From: an uncultured Phycisphaerales bacterium
GTDB taxonomy: Bacteria > Planctomycetota > Phycisphaerae > Tepidisphaerales > Tepidisphaeraceae
DNA: 64,000 bases
Reading direction: 5' to 3'
Assembly (NCBI GenBank): GCA_963755915.1
Contig: CAVWLP010000002.1
Coordinates: 3,968,001-4,032,000, forward strand
Shown: in pieces, positions 1-10,005 of the stretch
Layout: each line of letters begins with the position of its first letter
How positions within the stretch are numbered: the first letter of the stretch is position 1
Notes under the pieces: generated by a model
What the model was told of the DNA's origin: nothing
Seen by the model: only the letters and a program-made list of their open reading frames with translations
Database searches by the model: none
Translations under genes and position numbers: made by a program

Positions 1-1
1 C

Positions 2-1012
2 TCATCCGGGACAACGGGGGAGAGCAAGGGCGTCATCATCTCGCACCGCTCTATCGCGGAGCGGACGGATGCGGCCAACAAGGGGCTGGGGATTTCGGAT
101 CAGGACATTATTCTCTGGGTCCTGGGGATGTCGCATCATTTTGTCGTTTCGATCCTCCTGTTTTTGCGCAAAGGGGCGGAGATCATTGTCGCCAACCGCG
201 GATTTCCCTTCTCGGTGCTGGAGGCGGTGGAGAAGGGGACGATCACGTTTATTTACGGGTCGCCCGTGCATTACTATCTGCTGGCCGTTTCGGATGCAGT
301 GTCGCCGACTTCAATGAAGAATGTTCGCCTCGCGATCAGCACGGCCATGAAGATGCCGGGGGATATTTTTGAGCAGTTTCAGCGGAAATTCTCGATCGCT
401 CCCGCGGAGGCGTATGGGATCATTGAGATCGGCCTGCCCTTCATCAATACCGAAGCGGGTGGGGCCGGAAAGCAGACGGTGGGGCGGATGTTACCGGATT
501 ATCAGCTTCGGATTGCCGATCCGGATGAGTCGGGCGTGGGGGAAGTGCTGATTCGCGGGCGAGGGATGTTCGATGCCTATTTTTCGCCCTGGCGGCTGCG
601 CGATGAAGTTCTGCGCGACGGGTGGTTTGATACGGGTGATCTTGGGCGCACGGATGACCAGGGCCGGCTCTCCCTGCTCGGCCGAAGCAAGACGGTGATT
701 GTCTGCGCCGGGATGAAGGTCTTTCCCGAGGAAGTGGAGGAAGTGATCAACACCATGCCGGGGGTAAAGGAATCGCGCGTCTTCGGCCAGCCCCATCCGC
801 AATATGGCCAGATGCCGGTGGCGGAAGTGGTGGCGAGTGACGCGGAAGTGATCGACAAACTGCGGCCTTATTGTTTTGAGCATCTTTCGAGCTATAAGGT
901 GCCGGTGGAGTTTCGGCTGGTGGCGTCGATTCCGAAGACAGTGAGTGGGAAGGTGGCGCGGAAACCCGAAACCAGAAACCAGAAACCAGAAATCCGAATC
1001 AAGCCCGAATGA
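2..1012 (+). CDS. AMP-dependent acyl-CoA synthetase / adenylate-forming enzyme (5'-truncated by window)
   Basis: Frame 2 is open from the window start and reads SSGTTGESKGV (AMP-binding motif). It also contains AYGIIE, GWFDTGDLG, GMKVFPEEVE and PKTVSGK. Confidence 0.92.
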   Translation, partial: SSGTTGESKGVIISHRSIAERTDAANKGLGISDQDIILWVLGMSHHFVVSILLFLRKGAEIIVANRGFPFSVLEAVEKGTITFIYGSPVHYYLLAVSDAVSPTSMKNVRLAISTAMKMPGDIFEQFQRKFSIAPAEAYGIIEIGLPFINTEAGGAGKQTVGRMLPDYQLRIADPDESGVGEVLIRGRGMFDAYFSPWRLRDEVLRDGWFDTGDLGRTDDQGRLSLLGRSKTVIVCAGMKVFPEEVEEVINTMPGVKESRVFGQPHPQYGQMPVAEVVASDAEVIDKLRPYCFEHLSSYKVPVEFRLVASIPKTVSGKVARKPETRNQKPEIRIKPE

Positions 1013-1066
1013 TCGAATGACGAATGAGTGATGGCCGTTCGTCATTCGGGCATTCGGATTTGATTC
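961..1066. repeat. Heptamer-based palindromic repeat (GAAACCA/GAATGAC units); left part, right arm continues at 2459-2486
   Basis: gaaacccgaaaccagaaaccagaaaccagaaatccgaatc...gtcattcgggcattcggatttgattc. The complementary arm tggtttctggtttc resumes after the IS481. Confidence 0.75.
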
Positions 1067-1083
1067 CCTTCGGCTCTGAGGCT

Positions 1084-2440
1084 TGTATAGACCGGAGACA
1101 TGGGTAACAGGTCTCTCAGGACATAGGTAACACATTTCATTTTGGGTATCACGGCCAAAAAGGAGGCCGATGCCCTGGAAGGAATGTGTGACGAACGAAG
1201 TTCGCGGTGAGTTTGTGCAACTGGCTATGCGGGCGGATGCTAACCTGGCAGCGCTTTGCCGACGGTTCGGAATCAGCCGGCGCTGTGGTTACAAATGGCT
1301 CCGGCGTTATCGTGCCGAGGGTCAGGCGGGATTGTTGGATCGTTCGCGTCGCCCGCACGCCAGTCCCGCACAGGTGGACGGCCGGATGAGGCAGGCGGTT
1401 GTGAGGCTTCGCATGAAGCATCCGGTGTGGGGAGGCCGCAAGCTGAGGAAGCTGCTGGAGAATCAGGGTCGGGATCCGGCGACGTTGCCTGCGGTGAGCA
1501 CGATCGGGCGTATTTTATTTCGCGGTGGACTGATCGATCCGGCTCGATCATCACAGCACCGGGCGTTTCAACGCTTTGAGCACGATCAGCCCAATGACCT
1601 TTGGCAGATGGACTTCAAGGGACATTTCGCCTTGGGCAACGGGCGGCGTTGCCATGCCCTGACGGTGCTGGATGATCACTCACGTTATTGTCTTTGCCTG
1701 CAGGCATGCACGGGTGAGACCGAGCAGGATGTGAAGCCCGCATTGGTGCGACTATTCCAGCAAAATGGCCTGCCGCTGAGGATTTTGTGCGACAACGGTC
1801 CTCCGTGGGGCACCTGGCATGGGCAGGAACGGCAAGGGTACACGCGTTTGGGTCTGTGGCTGTTGCGTCAGAACGTGGGAGTATGTCACGGCCGTCCGCG
1901 TCACCCGCAAACACAAGGCAAGGACGAGCGTCTGCATCGAACGCTTAAAGAGGAGCTGCTGATGCGTCAGCCGCTGGCCAATATGGCTGATGCCCAGAAG
2001 CATTTCGACCCCTGGCGTGAGCAGTACAATTGCGTGCGTCCCCACGAGGCGTTGGGTCTGGCGGTTCCGGCCAGCCGCTACGGCAAAAGTCCTCGGGCTT
2101 ACGAGCCTGATCTCAAGGTGGAGTACCTTGCCGGTGACCAGGTGAGAAAGGTGGATCGCAATGGGCTGTTCGCCTTCCGGAGCATCGAGTGGCGTTTGGG
2201 CATTGCCTTTGCGGGCGAGACGGTAGCGATTCGGTTGACCGCGGCGGATGGAATAATGGCCGTGGTCTATGCCAGACAAACAGTGGCGGGCGTCAATCTG
2301 AAGGAAATCAGCCGAGGCCGTCGGCGAGTTGTGTGCTGTGCCGAGCCTCCGGTCGCTGCGCTCCCTCCGGCTCGGCACAGCACACAAAAAGTGTTACCTA
2401 TGTCCTGAGAGAGGTGTTATCTATGTCCTGGAACAAAACA
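1084..2440 (+). mobile_element. IS481-family insertion sequence
   Basis: TGT...ACA ends, repeated subterminal inverted motifs (gacatrggtaaca / tgttayctatgtc), single transposase. Confidence 0.92.
1170..2408 (+). CDS. IS481-family transposase (HTH + rve integrase core)
   Basis: MPWKE start, LCRRFGISRRCGYKW HTH, WQMDFKG, DDHSR, CDNG, PQTQGKDERLHRT. Confidence 0.95.
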   Translation: MPWKECVTNEVRGEFVQLAMRADANLAALCRRFGISRRCGYKWLRRYRAEGQAGLLDRSRRPHASPAQVDGRMRQAVVRLRMKHPVWGGRKLRKLLENQGRDPATLPAVSTIGRILFRGGLIDPARSSQHRAFQRFEHDQPNDLWQMDFKGHFALGNGRRCHALTVLDDHSRYCLCLQACTGETEQDVKPALVRLFQQNGLPLRILCDNGPPWGTWHGQERQGYTRLGLWLLRQNVGVCHGRPRHPQTQGKDERLHRTLKEELLMRQPLANMADAQKHFDPWREQYNCVRPHEALGLAVPASRYGKSPRAYEPDLKVEYLAGDQVRKVDRNGLFAFRSIEWRLGIAFAGETVAIRLTAADGIMAVVYARQTVAGVNLKEISRGRRRVVCCAEPPVAALPPARHSTQKVLPMS

Positions 2441-2484
2441 AGCCTCAGGGTCGAAGACTGGTTTCTGGTTTCGGAATTCTGGTT

Positions 2485-3809
2485 TTAATGCAGCAGCGAT
2501 TTCTTGAATTCCAGCATCAGTCGCCTCGCATCGGCGTCAGTGAGCACGCCCTGCACGTAAGAAATCACCAGATTGAAATGCCCCGCGAACCAGGTCATGC
2601 AAATATTCAGGCCCGGGGGAGAGAAGGCGATGGGTTTGTGAGTCAGGTTTGACACGGGCATGCCCATGAACGAGTCGCCGGCGAACCCGGTTTCGCGCAG
2701 ACATGCGAAATAGAAGGTACAAAACCGGCCGCTGAACAGCGCATTCATCAACCGGCTGCCGATCCAGTGGGGGCAGATTCTTCCCAAAGCCCCCGCGTCC
2801 TCCATGACGAAAGGAATCTGGCTGCGCATCTGGTCAAACAATTGATCGCGCAAATCGACGGCGATTTCATTCGCGGGCCGGGAATCGTCCTGCGCGGTAG
2901 AGAAAGCCATCAGCGAGAAGTGGTTGAAGAGAAGCTTTTCCCATTCCTGTCCCGGCAGGCGATTGGTGGTGGAGGTGAAGATGAGACACTGCTCCCCGCT
3001 CTGCGGAAAACAGGGGACGACCTGCCGCATGGCGGCGATGGCCCGTGCAGCGGCCGATGGCAGGACGACCGGCACGCCGATCTCCTCCGCGGCGCGGCGG
3101 GCGAGCGCCGCCGATTCTTCTGCCGTCAACGAGTCGTGAACGAAATGGATTCGCCGGCGCAAGCCCGGCGCCGGGATATTCAAACCGCAAACGCTTTTTT
3201 CGTTAAGACCAAAGAGATACCGGTTCAGTGTCTGACCGGACTTAAGTCGCCGCGGCCAATGGTCCAGGTGCGCCGGCTCAGTGGTTTTGATTTTCGGGAG
3301 GACTTCCTCGAGCTGTTTTTTCCACGCGAGGTCCATCAGCCGGAACATCCCCTCGGCCCCAAAGGCGTCGAGAAGTCGATGATCGAAAACGAGCCCGATG
3401 CGAGAGCGACGGCTGCCGATTCGCACCAGCAGACAACGAAGATGCTGCCAGCGCGAATCGAAGGGAGCGTTGATGTGATCGTCGAAGAGGCGCTCGGAGT
3501 CGGCCCCCTTGTCTTCGGCAAGCTCGCAAATTCGCAGCGGAATTTCGGCCGATTTACCGGTCTTCCAGTAGGGGGCAAGATTGCTCCAGTCGCGGGCGAC
3601 CCGGCCGTCGATAAGCGGGATCCGCTGCGAAATCTGCTTCATCGCCGCCCGCAGATCGGTTTCATCGACTCGCCCCTCGACGTCGAGGATGGCCTGCGAA
3701 AAACCCCCCAGCCCGATCGTATTTTTGCGCTGTGATCCAGCGCCCCGACGATCCAGTCGATTCCCGTCAGATATCTTCGGTTTGCGGAATAGGAGAGGGA
3801 AAAGCTCAA
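2485..3809 (-). CDS. Stand-alone condensation-domain-like acyltransferase (one frameshift near 3705)
   Basis: LVFDHRLLDAFG resembles the HHxxxDG motif. The N-terminus (TTG at 3809 overlapping the ACP stop; LSFSLSYSANRRYLTGIDW) joins the 2485-3642 ORF if one G is added to a G6 run. Confidence 0.65.
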
Positions 3810-4066
3810 GAAGCGCGCCTCGCCAGGATCACCGCCGCCAGGTTGACGACCGATTTGGTGTCGTCCGGCTTGAGGCCCTGCTTCATGAGGTTCACGCCGA
3901 ACCTTTTCTCGATCGCCAGCAGCAGCGAAACGAACCGCAGGGAATCCATTCCCAGCGAAGGCAGGTGCGTTTGCGTGGTCACGCTGCCGGCCTTGAGCGA
4001 CATCAGCGTCTGAATCTCGGTGCAAAGCTGCTGCTGAACAGTCTCGGCGGAAAGGGCCTCTGGCAT
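3806..4066 (-). CDS. Acyl carrier protein
   Basis: 86 aa with LGMDSL phosphopantetheine motif, inside the KS operon. Confidence 0.88.
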   Translation of the reverse strand: MPEALSAETVQQQLCTEIQTLMSLKAGSVTTQTHLPSLGMDSLRFVSLLLAIEKRFGVNLMKQGLKPDDTKSVVNLAAVILARRAS

Positions 4067-4995
4067 TATTGGGTTCTCCCGGGTCGTTTAATCAGCATCG
4101 AAGCCGATGAATTGCATGATGTGCGGAAGGTGAGGGCGGTGTCAAATGTGGATTCGATGGATGCGAGGGTGAGCAGTGCGCCAAGGGTTTGGAAGGCGGA
4201 ATTTGAAGCCGTGTGGCCGAAATAGGGGGTGAATGTCGCTCTAGCCCCGGCGGGTGGAAACGGCTGAGGGAAGATCATGGGATGATCGGTGATCAGGAGA
4301 TCGGGGATGACCGCTTGCGGGTCCGCATTGATGGTCGCGAGGGCGGGAATGGTTTGGGGTCCCAGTGTCAGGAAGACTGCCCCTTCACCGAGACCAAAAC
4401 CCCCTCCCTGATTCTCCTGCGTAGAAGGGAGCAGTCGCGGCGCACATTCGATCAGGACTTTGCCCAATTCTTCAACCGCTCCAACAATCACGCGATCGCA
4501 AGTCTTTTCGCTCAACCACGACTGTGCCAGGAGAACAGCCTGTTCGAATCCAAAGCAGAAATCCGTGGTTGAGAGCGACGGCCCACGGAGGTCGAGCAGC
4601 CCGGCGATGTACGAGGCGGCCGCGCCGTGCACGGAATGCGAGAAATCGGTCGGCAGCGCCTCGGCATCGCCGCAATCGAGAATGCCGTCGAGGAATTTGA
4701 ACCCCCGTCCGTGCGGCCCCAGGCCCGAAGTGACGATCAGCCCGACCCGGTCCATCGCTTCGGGCGGCAAAACATTTTTCCACGCGTCAATGGCCGCGAG
4801 CGCCGCCATTTTTACGAACCGATCGGCGCGCCGCAAACTTTTGGAGGTCGCCGGGTCCGCAAGAAGTTGGTCATCCACCGCAAAGATTTCGGCAAATTGA
4901 GGAGGAGCGGAAAGACGCTGACCGATAGTGGTCAGATCGCGGCCCAGTGGCGTAATCGCCCCGATGCCCAGGATGCCGGCCGGTGCGACGCTCAC
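4066..4995 (-). CDS. Beta-ketoacyl synthase N-terminal / chain-length-factor-like protein
   Basis: GIGAITPLG, LRRADRFVKMA and FSHSVHGAAA; lacks the xACSS catalytic motif. GTG at 4995 overlaps the KS stop (GTGA). Confidence 0.8.
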   Translation of the reverse strand: MSVAPAGILGIGAITPLGRDLTTIGQRLSAPPQFAEIFAVDDQLLADPATSKSLRRADRFVKMAALAAIDAWKNVLPPEAMDRVGLIVTSGLGPHGRGFKFLDGILDCGDAEALPTDFSHSVHGAAASYIAGLLDLRGPSLSTTDFCFGFEQAVLLAQSWLSEKTCDRVIVGAVEELGKVLIECAPRLLPSTQENQGGGFGLGEGAVFLTLGPQTIPALATINADPQAVIPDLLITDHPMIFPQPFPPAGARATFTPYFGHTASNSAFQTLGALLTLASIESTFDTALTFRTSCNSSASMLIKRPGRTQ

Positions 4996-6172
4996 GCGTG
5001 CCTCCGGATCAGCACCGCCGAATTGTTCCCGCCAAAGGCCAGCGACGTCGACATCGCATATTCCCCCGAAATCGCGGTTCGGCGAGCCACCGGAGCAATC
5101 GCAATATCGTCGGCTTTGTTCGCGAATCCCGCGCTTTTGGGGATCCATTTTCGCGCAGACCTATCACCGTAAACCCAGCTTCCAGCCCGCCGGCGGCGCC
5201 AAGCGTGTGCCCGGTGTACCCCTTGGTGGAGAGAAACTGAACGCCGGACCCGAAGATTCTTTCCAGCACTTTTCCCTCGGCCCGATCATTGTCGGCGGTG
5301 GCGGTCCCGTGGGCGTTGATGAAAGAAACCTTATCGGGAGCAATTTCCCCTTGCCCGAGGGCCGTCTGAATGGCCGAAGCCAGCCCCCTCCCATCCGGAT
5401 GGGGAGCGGTGAGATGATGCGCATCGCACACAGCGCCAAAGCCGGCGAGCTGGAACGCCCGCTTTCCCCCGCGCCGGCGTGAATATTCATCCGATTCAAG
5501 GATCAGGATTCCCGCCCCTTCCCCGAGATTCAAACCCGCCCGGTCGCGGTCGAACGGGGCGCAGGGCTGCGCACTTGTGACGCCCAGCGACCAGAACCCC
5601 GCCACGGCCACGCGATTCAGCTCATCCGCGCCGCCGGCAATCACAACATCGCAAAGACCGGCGTCAATCCAGTGTTTCCCCGCCCCCAGCGCGTCCGTAC
5701 CCGACGAGCAGGCGTTGACGATCGTCAATCGGGGCCCGGAGACTTGAAGGAGATCCCCTATCGCGTGCGCGAGGTTGGCACTCAAATAGTCGAGGATCGG
5801 GTCCAAGGCGGGATTCTGGTTCCTTCGATAGGCGTCGTAGAAGGGGATGTTGTTCAACTGGCTCGCGACGGTGGTGCCAATGGCGACGCCCACTCGCATA
5901 TCACTCGAAAATGACTCAATACCAGCCTCCCCCAACGCCTCGCGCACAGCCTTCATCGCCAGACGCAGCGTCCGCGATTGATTGCACCGGCCGGGGAGGG
6001 CAGGCAAATCCGCCTTAACCTGAAACGTCGGGCAGGAAATCGCCGCTTCAAAGGGCAATTTTTCCGATGGGCTCCTGACACCCTCCGAAAACGAGGCGAG
6101 AGTTCGGTTAGCGTTTTCCCCGGCGGCACAGACAACGCCTATTCCCGCGATCCAGACGGGTGATCGCTTCAT
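4992..6172 (-). CDS. Beta-ketoacyl-ACP synthase (FabF-like KS; frameshift near 5148)
   Basis: NACSSG, AHGTAT and KGYTGHTLGAAG (Cys-His-His triad). Adding one A at gaaaatgg gives the typical end STSLAFGGNNSAVLIRRHA*. Confidence 0.9.
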
Positions 6173-6177
6173 GGTAG

Positions 6178-6454
6178 GAGCCTCTAACAAAGTGGCAATG
6201 GCCTCACGATGGGCCCGAAAAGGCCCGAATGCGAGGCGGAGACCCGACGGAGTATTCTAAATGGATACACGGAGGGTCGACAACGAAGCAGGCGGGCCTT
6301 TTCCGGCCCATCCCGGCGCGCGGGACACAGAATCGACTCCTCTGCGTCGGCGCAACGGCTCGAGGGGTCGCTTGGACCCGGTTCTCACCATTGCTTCTAG
6401 CATATAAGTCGATTCTGTGCCGTCGTGAGGCCATTGCCACTTTGTTAGAGGCTC
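6178..6454. mobile_element. MITE, 277 bp, perfect 32-bp terminal inverted repeats
   Basis: gagcctctaacaaagtggcaatggcctcacga (6178-6209) and its exact reverse complement (6423-6454); no transposase inside. Confidence 0.85.
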
Positions 6455-6459
6455 GAGAC

Positions 6460-6744
6460 TCATTTGGTGGCGTTGGCCAAAACGTAAGGGGCGAGCGTAT
6501 TGATAGACTGGAAGATGTCCCGCCCCTTTTGCATCGCCTTAACGTCGAGCCCGTATTGCCGGCGGAGCAGGACGACAATTTCGACTCCATCAAGGGAATC
6601 GAGCCCCACACCGCCGTCGCCGAAGAGGTTCATGTCGTCGCGGATGTCTTCGGGCTTAAGCTCTTCAAGTGATAGGTTTTCAACAAAGAGTTGTTTAAGT
6701 TCCTGCTTGATCTCGTCCAGCGATCGAATTTTAACAGGTTCCAA
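6460..6744 (-). CDS. Acyl carrier protein
   Basis: NLFGDGGVGLDSLDGVEIVV motif; aaagga upstream. Confidence 0.92.
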   Translation of the reverse strand: MEPVKIRSLDEIKQELKQLFVENLSLEELKPEDIRDDMNLFGDGGVGLDSLDGVEIVVLLRRQYGLDVKAMQKGRDIFQSINTLAPYVLANATK

Positions 6745-6806
6745 GGCGGCGATATTCCTTTCGATATGACGGGGGGGAGTTTAAAAGAGCGCACGGTGGG
6801 AAGCAA

Positions 6807-6884
6807 GAGTTGCGTGTTGCCAGTTGCGAGTTGCGAGCAAGGCAAAGATTCAACTCGCAACTCGCAACTCGAAACTCGCAACTC
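6807..6884. repeat. Heptamer palindromic repeat (GAGTTGC / GCAACTC); related half copy at about 14507-14545
   Basis: gagttgcgtgttgccagttgcgagttgcgag...caactcgcaactcgcaactcgaaactcgcaactc. Confidence 0.75.
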
Positions 6885-6920
6885 TACTGGCCTATAGTTT
6901 GCTGAAGGAGAAAAATACCT

Positions 6921-7889
6921 ATGAATAACCAGGCGACATTCGCGGCCGGCTGTTTCTGGGGGGTGGAGGCGACCTTTGCCAAGATTCCAGGGGTGACTGG
7001 CACCCAGGTAGGTTATGTCGGTGGCACCACGAAAAACCCCACCTACGAAGACGTCTGCATGCGCGAGACGGGGCACGCCGAGGCCGTGCAGGTGACGTTT
7101 GACCCAACCAAGGTCAGCTTTGCCGAATTGCTCGACGCCTTCTGGAGCCTGCACGATCCGACGACGCCAAACCGGCAGGGTCCGGACGTGGGGTCGCAAT
7201 ACCGCTCGGCGATTTTTTATCACGATGCCGAGCAGGAGCGGATCGCCCGCGAGTCGCTGAAGGAAGTCGAGCAGATGAAGGTCTTCCGGCGGCCGATCGT
7301 GACCGAGATCGTGCCGGCAGAGAAATTTTATCCCGCGGAAAAGTACCACCAGCAATATTTCCGCAAGCAGGGGAGAGAGGATAGCTGCCATATCGGCGTG
7401 GCGACGGTGCATACCAAACTCGCGGAGGAAGCAGCAAAGGAGCGTGGGGGGGCACACGGCGGACAGGCCCCCGCCGCCTGCGAGGACGCCTGCGGCGTCG
7501 ACCACTGGCAGGTGCCCGATGAGGAGCTGCGCAAGCGGCTCACGCCCGAGCAATATGCCATCGCCCGCCAGGCCGGGACCGAGCGGGCATTCAGCGGAAA
7601 ATATTGGAACGAGCATCGCACCGGCACCTACCGCTGCGCCGTCTGCGGGCAGGAGCTTTTCAATTCCGATACCAAGTTTGAATCGGGGACCGGGTGGCCG
7701 AGCTTTTATGCCCCGGTAACGGCGAAGGCCGTGGAGGAGCATGCGGATAATTCGCATGGGATGCGAAGGGTGGAAGTCCTCTGCTCGCGGTGTCACTCGC
7801 ACCTCGGCCATGTGTTTGATGATGGTCCGCGACCGACCGGTCAGAGGTTTTGCATGAATTCGGCGGTGTTGGATTTTCGGCCGAAGTGA
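6921..7889 (+). CDS. msrAB: Peptide methionine sulfoxide reductase MsrA-MsrB fusion
   Basis: GCFWGVE and YHQQY (MsrA); [23 protein letters not shown] (MsrB); gaaggag RBS. Confidence 0.96.
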   Translation: MNNQATFAAGCFWGVEATFAKIPGVTGTQVGYVGGTTKNPTYEDVCMRETGHAEAVQVTFDPTKVSFAELLDAFWSLHDPTTPNRQGPDVGSQYRSAIFYHDAEQERIARESLKEVEQMKVFRRPIVTEIVPAEKFYPAEKYHQQYFRKQGREDSCHIGVATVHTKLAEEAAKERGGAHGGQAPAACEDACGVDHWQVPDEELRKRLTPEQYAIARQAGTERAFSGKYWNEHRTGTYRCAVCGQELFNSDTKFESGTGWPSFYAPVTAKAVEEHADNSHGMRRVEVLCSRCHSHLGHVFDDGPRPTGQRFCMNSAVLDFRPK

Positions 7890-8203
7890 TCGGAAAAAAT
7901 TTCTGCCCGAACCCTTCAATACAAAACTGGACAGTCGGTAGTGGCCTACTCTGACATAACCGAATCTTGGTCGGTTAGGGGTTTTTCACACCATGGCAGT
8001 AGAATAGGAATCGTGACCACAAAATATATCCTATATACCCTCGTTTGGTTCCTTTTCGCTTTGGGGGGGCTGGTATATGGGATAATGCTGTCATGGGGCG
8101 CAAAACCGGCCAATTGAGGGCGCGCCAAAACCGGCCATTTTGAGGCACAGGAGATTGGGTTATCGACCTTGGCTTTCGGCGGTTGCCGCAAGCCAATGGT
8201 GGG

Positions 8204-10005
8204 ATGGCCAATCAACTCAAGATGGCGGAAGTACAAGCAATTTTGGCACTTGCGCAGCGGCTGGTCCAATCGGAACATCGCCCGCCAACTCGGCGTTCAC
8301 CGGGAGACCGTTGGACGCCACATCCGGTTGTCGGGCGGCGATCCTGCGGCGCCCGGATCGGATTCAAAACCGGCCAGCGCGCCCCTCGGCTCGACGGTGC
8401 TCGCCGCAGGCGGCTCGACGGTGCTCGCCGCAGGCGGCTCGACGGTGCTCGCCGCAGGCGGCTCGACGGTGCTCGCCGCAGGCGGCTCGACGGTGCTCGC
8501 CGCAGGCGGCTCGACGGTGCTCGCCGCAGGCGGCTCGACGGTGCTCGCCGCAGGCGGCTCGACGGTGCTCGCCGCAGGCGGCTCGGAGAGCGCGCCCACC
8601 GGGTTATCCGGCGCGCCCATCGGGTCGGTCAGTACGGCATCGCCCTGGCGTGAGGTCATTGTTCAGAAGTTGGAAGCCGGGCTGACGGCCCAGCGGATTT
8701 ATCAAGACATCTCCAGCGATCACGGCTATGCCGGCAGCTATTACAGCGTGCGCCGGTTCATCAAGAAGCTCTCGGCTGCCGCGCCGGCGCCCTTTCGCCG
8801 GATGGAATGCGAGCCGGGAGCCGAGGCGCAGGTGGACTTCGGCCGGGGTGCGCCCTGGTCGGTCCTGACGGCAAACGCAAAGCAACCTGGGTCTTCCGCA
8901 TTGTGCTGAGCCACAGCCGCAAGGGGTACGCCGAGGCGGTGGAGCGGCAGACGACCGATGATTTTCTGCGTTGTCTGGAAAATGCCTTTACGCACTTCGG
9001 CGGGATGCCGTCAGCGCTGGTGATCGACAATCTTCGCGCGGCGGTGACGCGGGCGGACTGGTTCGAGGCGGAGTTGTGTCCCAAGGTCCGGTCGTTCGCC
9101 GAACATTATGGAATCGCCATTCTGCCCACCAAGCCGTACACGCCGCGGCACAAGGGGAAGATCGAGCGGGGCATCGGCTATGTGAAGAGCAATGCTCTCA
9201 AAGGCCGGCAATTCGCCTCGCTCTCGGATCAGAACGCGCATCTGCTGACGTGGGAGAAGAGCGTGGCCGACACGCGCATCCACGGCACGACGCGGCGGCA
9301 GGTGAAGGAAGTCTTCGAGCAGGTAGAGAAGCCGGCACTGTTGGCTCTGCCGCCGGTGCGATTCGATCTTTTCACCGAGGCGTTGCGCAGTGTTCACCGC
9401 GACGGGCACGTGGAGATCAAGGGGGCGTACTATTCGGTCCCGCCGGAGTTTTTGGGCCAGCGGGTCTGGGCGCGGTGGAACGGCGCACGGTCCGGCTGTT
9501 CGATCAGAAGATGCGTGCGATCGCTCTGCACGCGCAGCGTCCGCCGGGCAGGTTCTCGACGCAAGACGCCCATATCCTGCCGGAGAAGATCAGCGGCATC
9601 GAGCGTGGAACGACCTGGCTTCTCCAGCGGATCGAATGCATCGGGCCGCACGCCACGCAGTGGGCGCAGTCAATGCTTCAGCATCGCGGCATCGAAGGCG
9701 TGCGCGTGTTGATGGGGCTGCTGTCGCTGGCCAATCAGCAGCCGCGACCGGCCGTGGAACGAGCCTGCGAGATTGCTCTGGGGCATGGCGCGTATCACCT
9801 GCGCTCCCTGCGGCAGCTCATCGAACACCAAAACGGCGCGCCGGTTCAACAACACTTCGAGTTTGTTCAGGAACATCCAATCATCCGCGGACTGGCCGAT
9901 TACGGACAGTTCGTACGCGACGCAATCACCCAAGCGGAGGCTTTGCCTGCCGCACAACCTTTACAGGCCTGCCCTGAGCAGAGCCGAAGGGAGTCCACCC
10001 CATGA
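8204..10005 (+). CDS. istA: IS21 transposase IstA (frameshifts near 8260, 8855, 9485)
   Basis: MANQLKMAEVQAIL / WSNRNIARQLGVHRETV HTH, EAQVDFG, IDNLRAAV, PRHKGKIERGI; the pieces lie in successive frames. Confidence 0.9.
8388..8585 (+). repeat. Perfect 24-bp tandem repeat x8 (GGCTCGACGGTGCTCGCCGCAGGC) inside istA
   Basis: Eight identical units 8388-8579 plus 6 bp; encodes (GSTVLAAG)8. Confidence 0.97.
9967..9990 (-). repeat. 24-bp palindromic micro-element in the istA 3' end
   Basis: Reverse complement ccttcggctctgctcagggcaggc, related to the 1067/30001 and 8388 units. Confidence 0.65.

Noticed and set aside
6630-7919. Long antisense or overlapping ORFs (e.g. 6630-7919, 2767-3735, 39670-40713, 44952-46061, 55839-56945)
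   Set aside because: Shadow ORFs of well-supported genes in high-GC DNA, with no motifs.
8388-8585. CRISPR array
   Set aside because: Units are contiguous and identical with no spacers, lie in frame within istA, and no cas genes are present.
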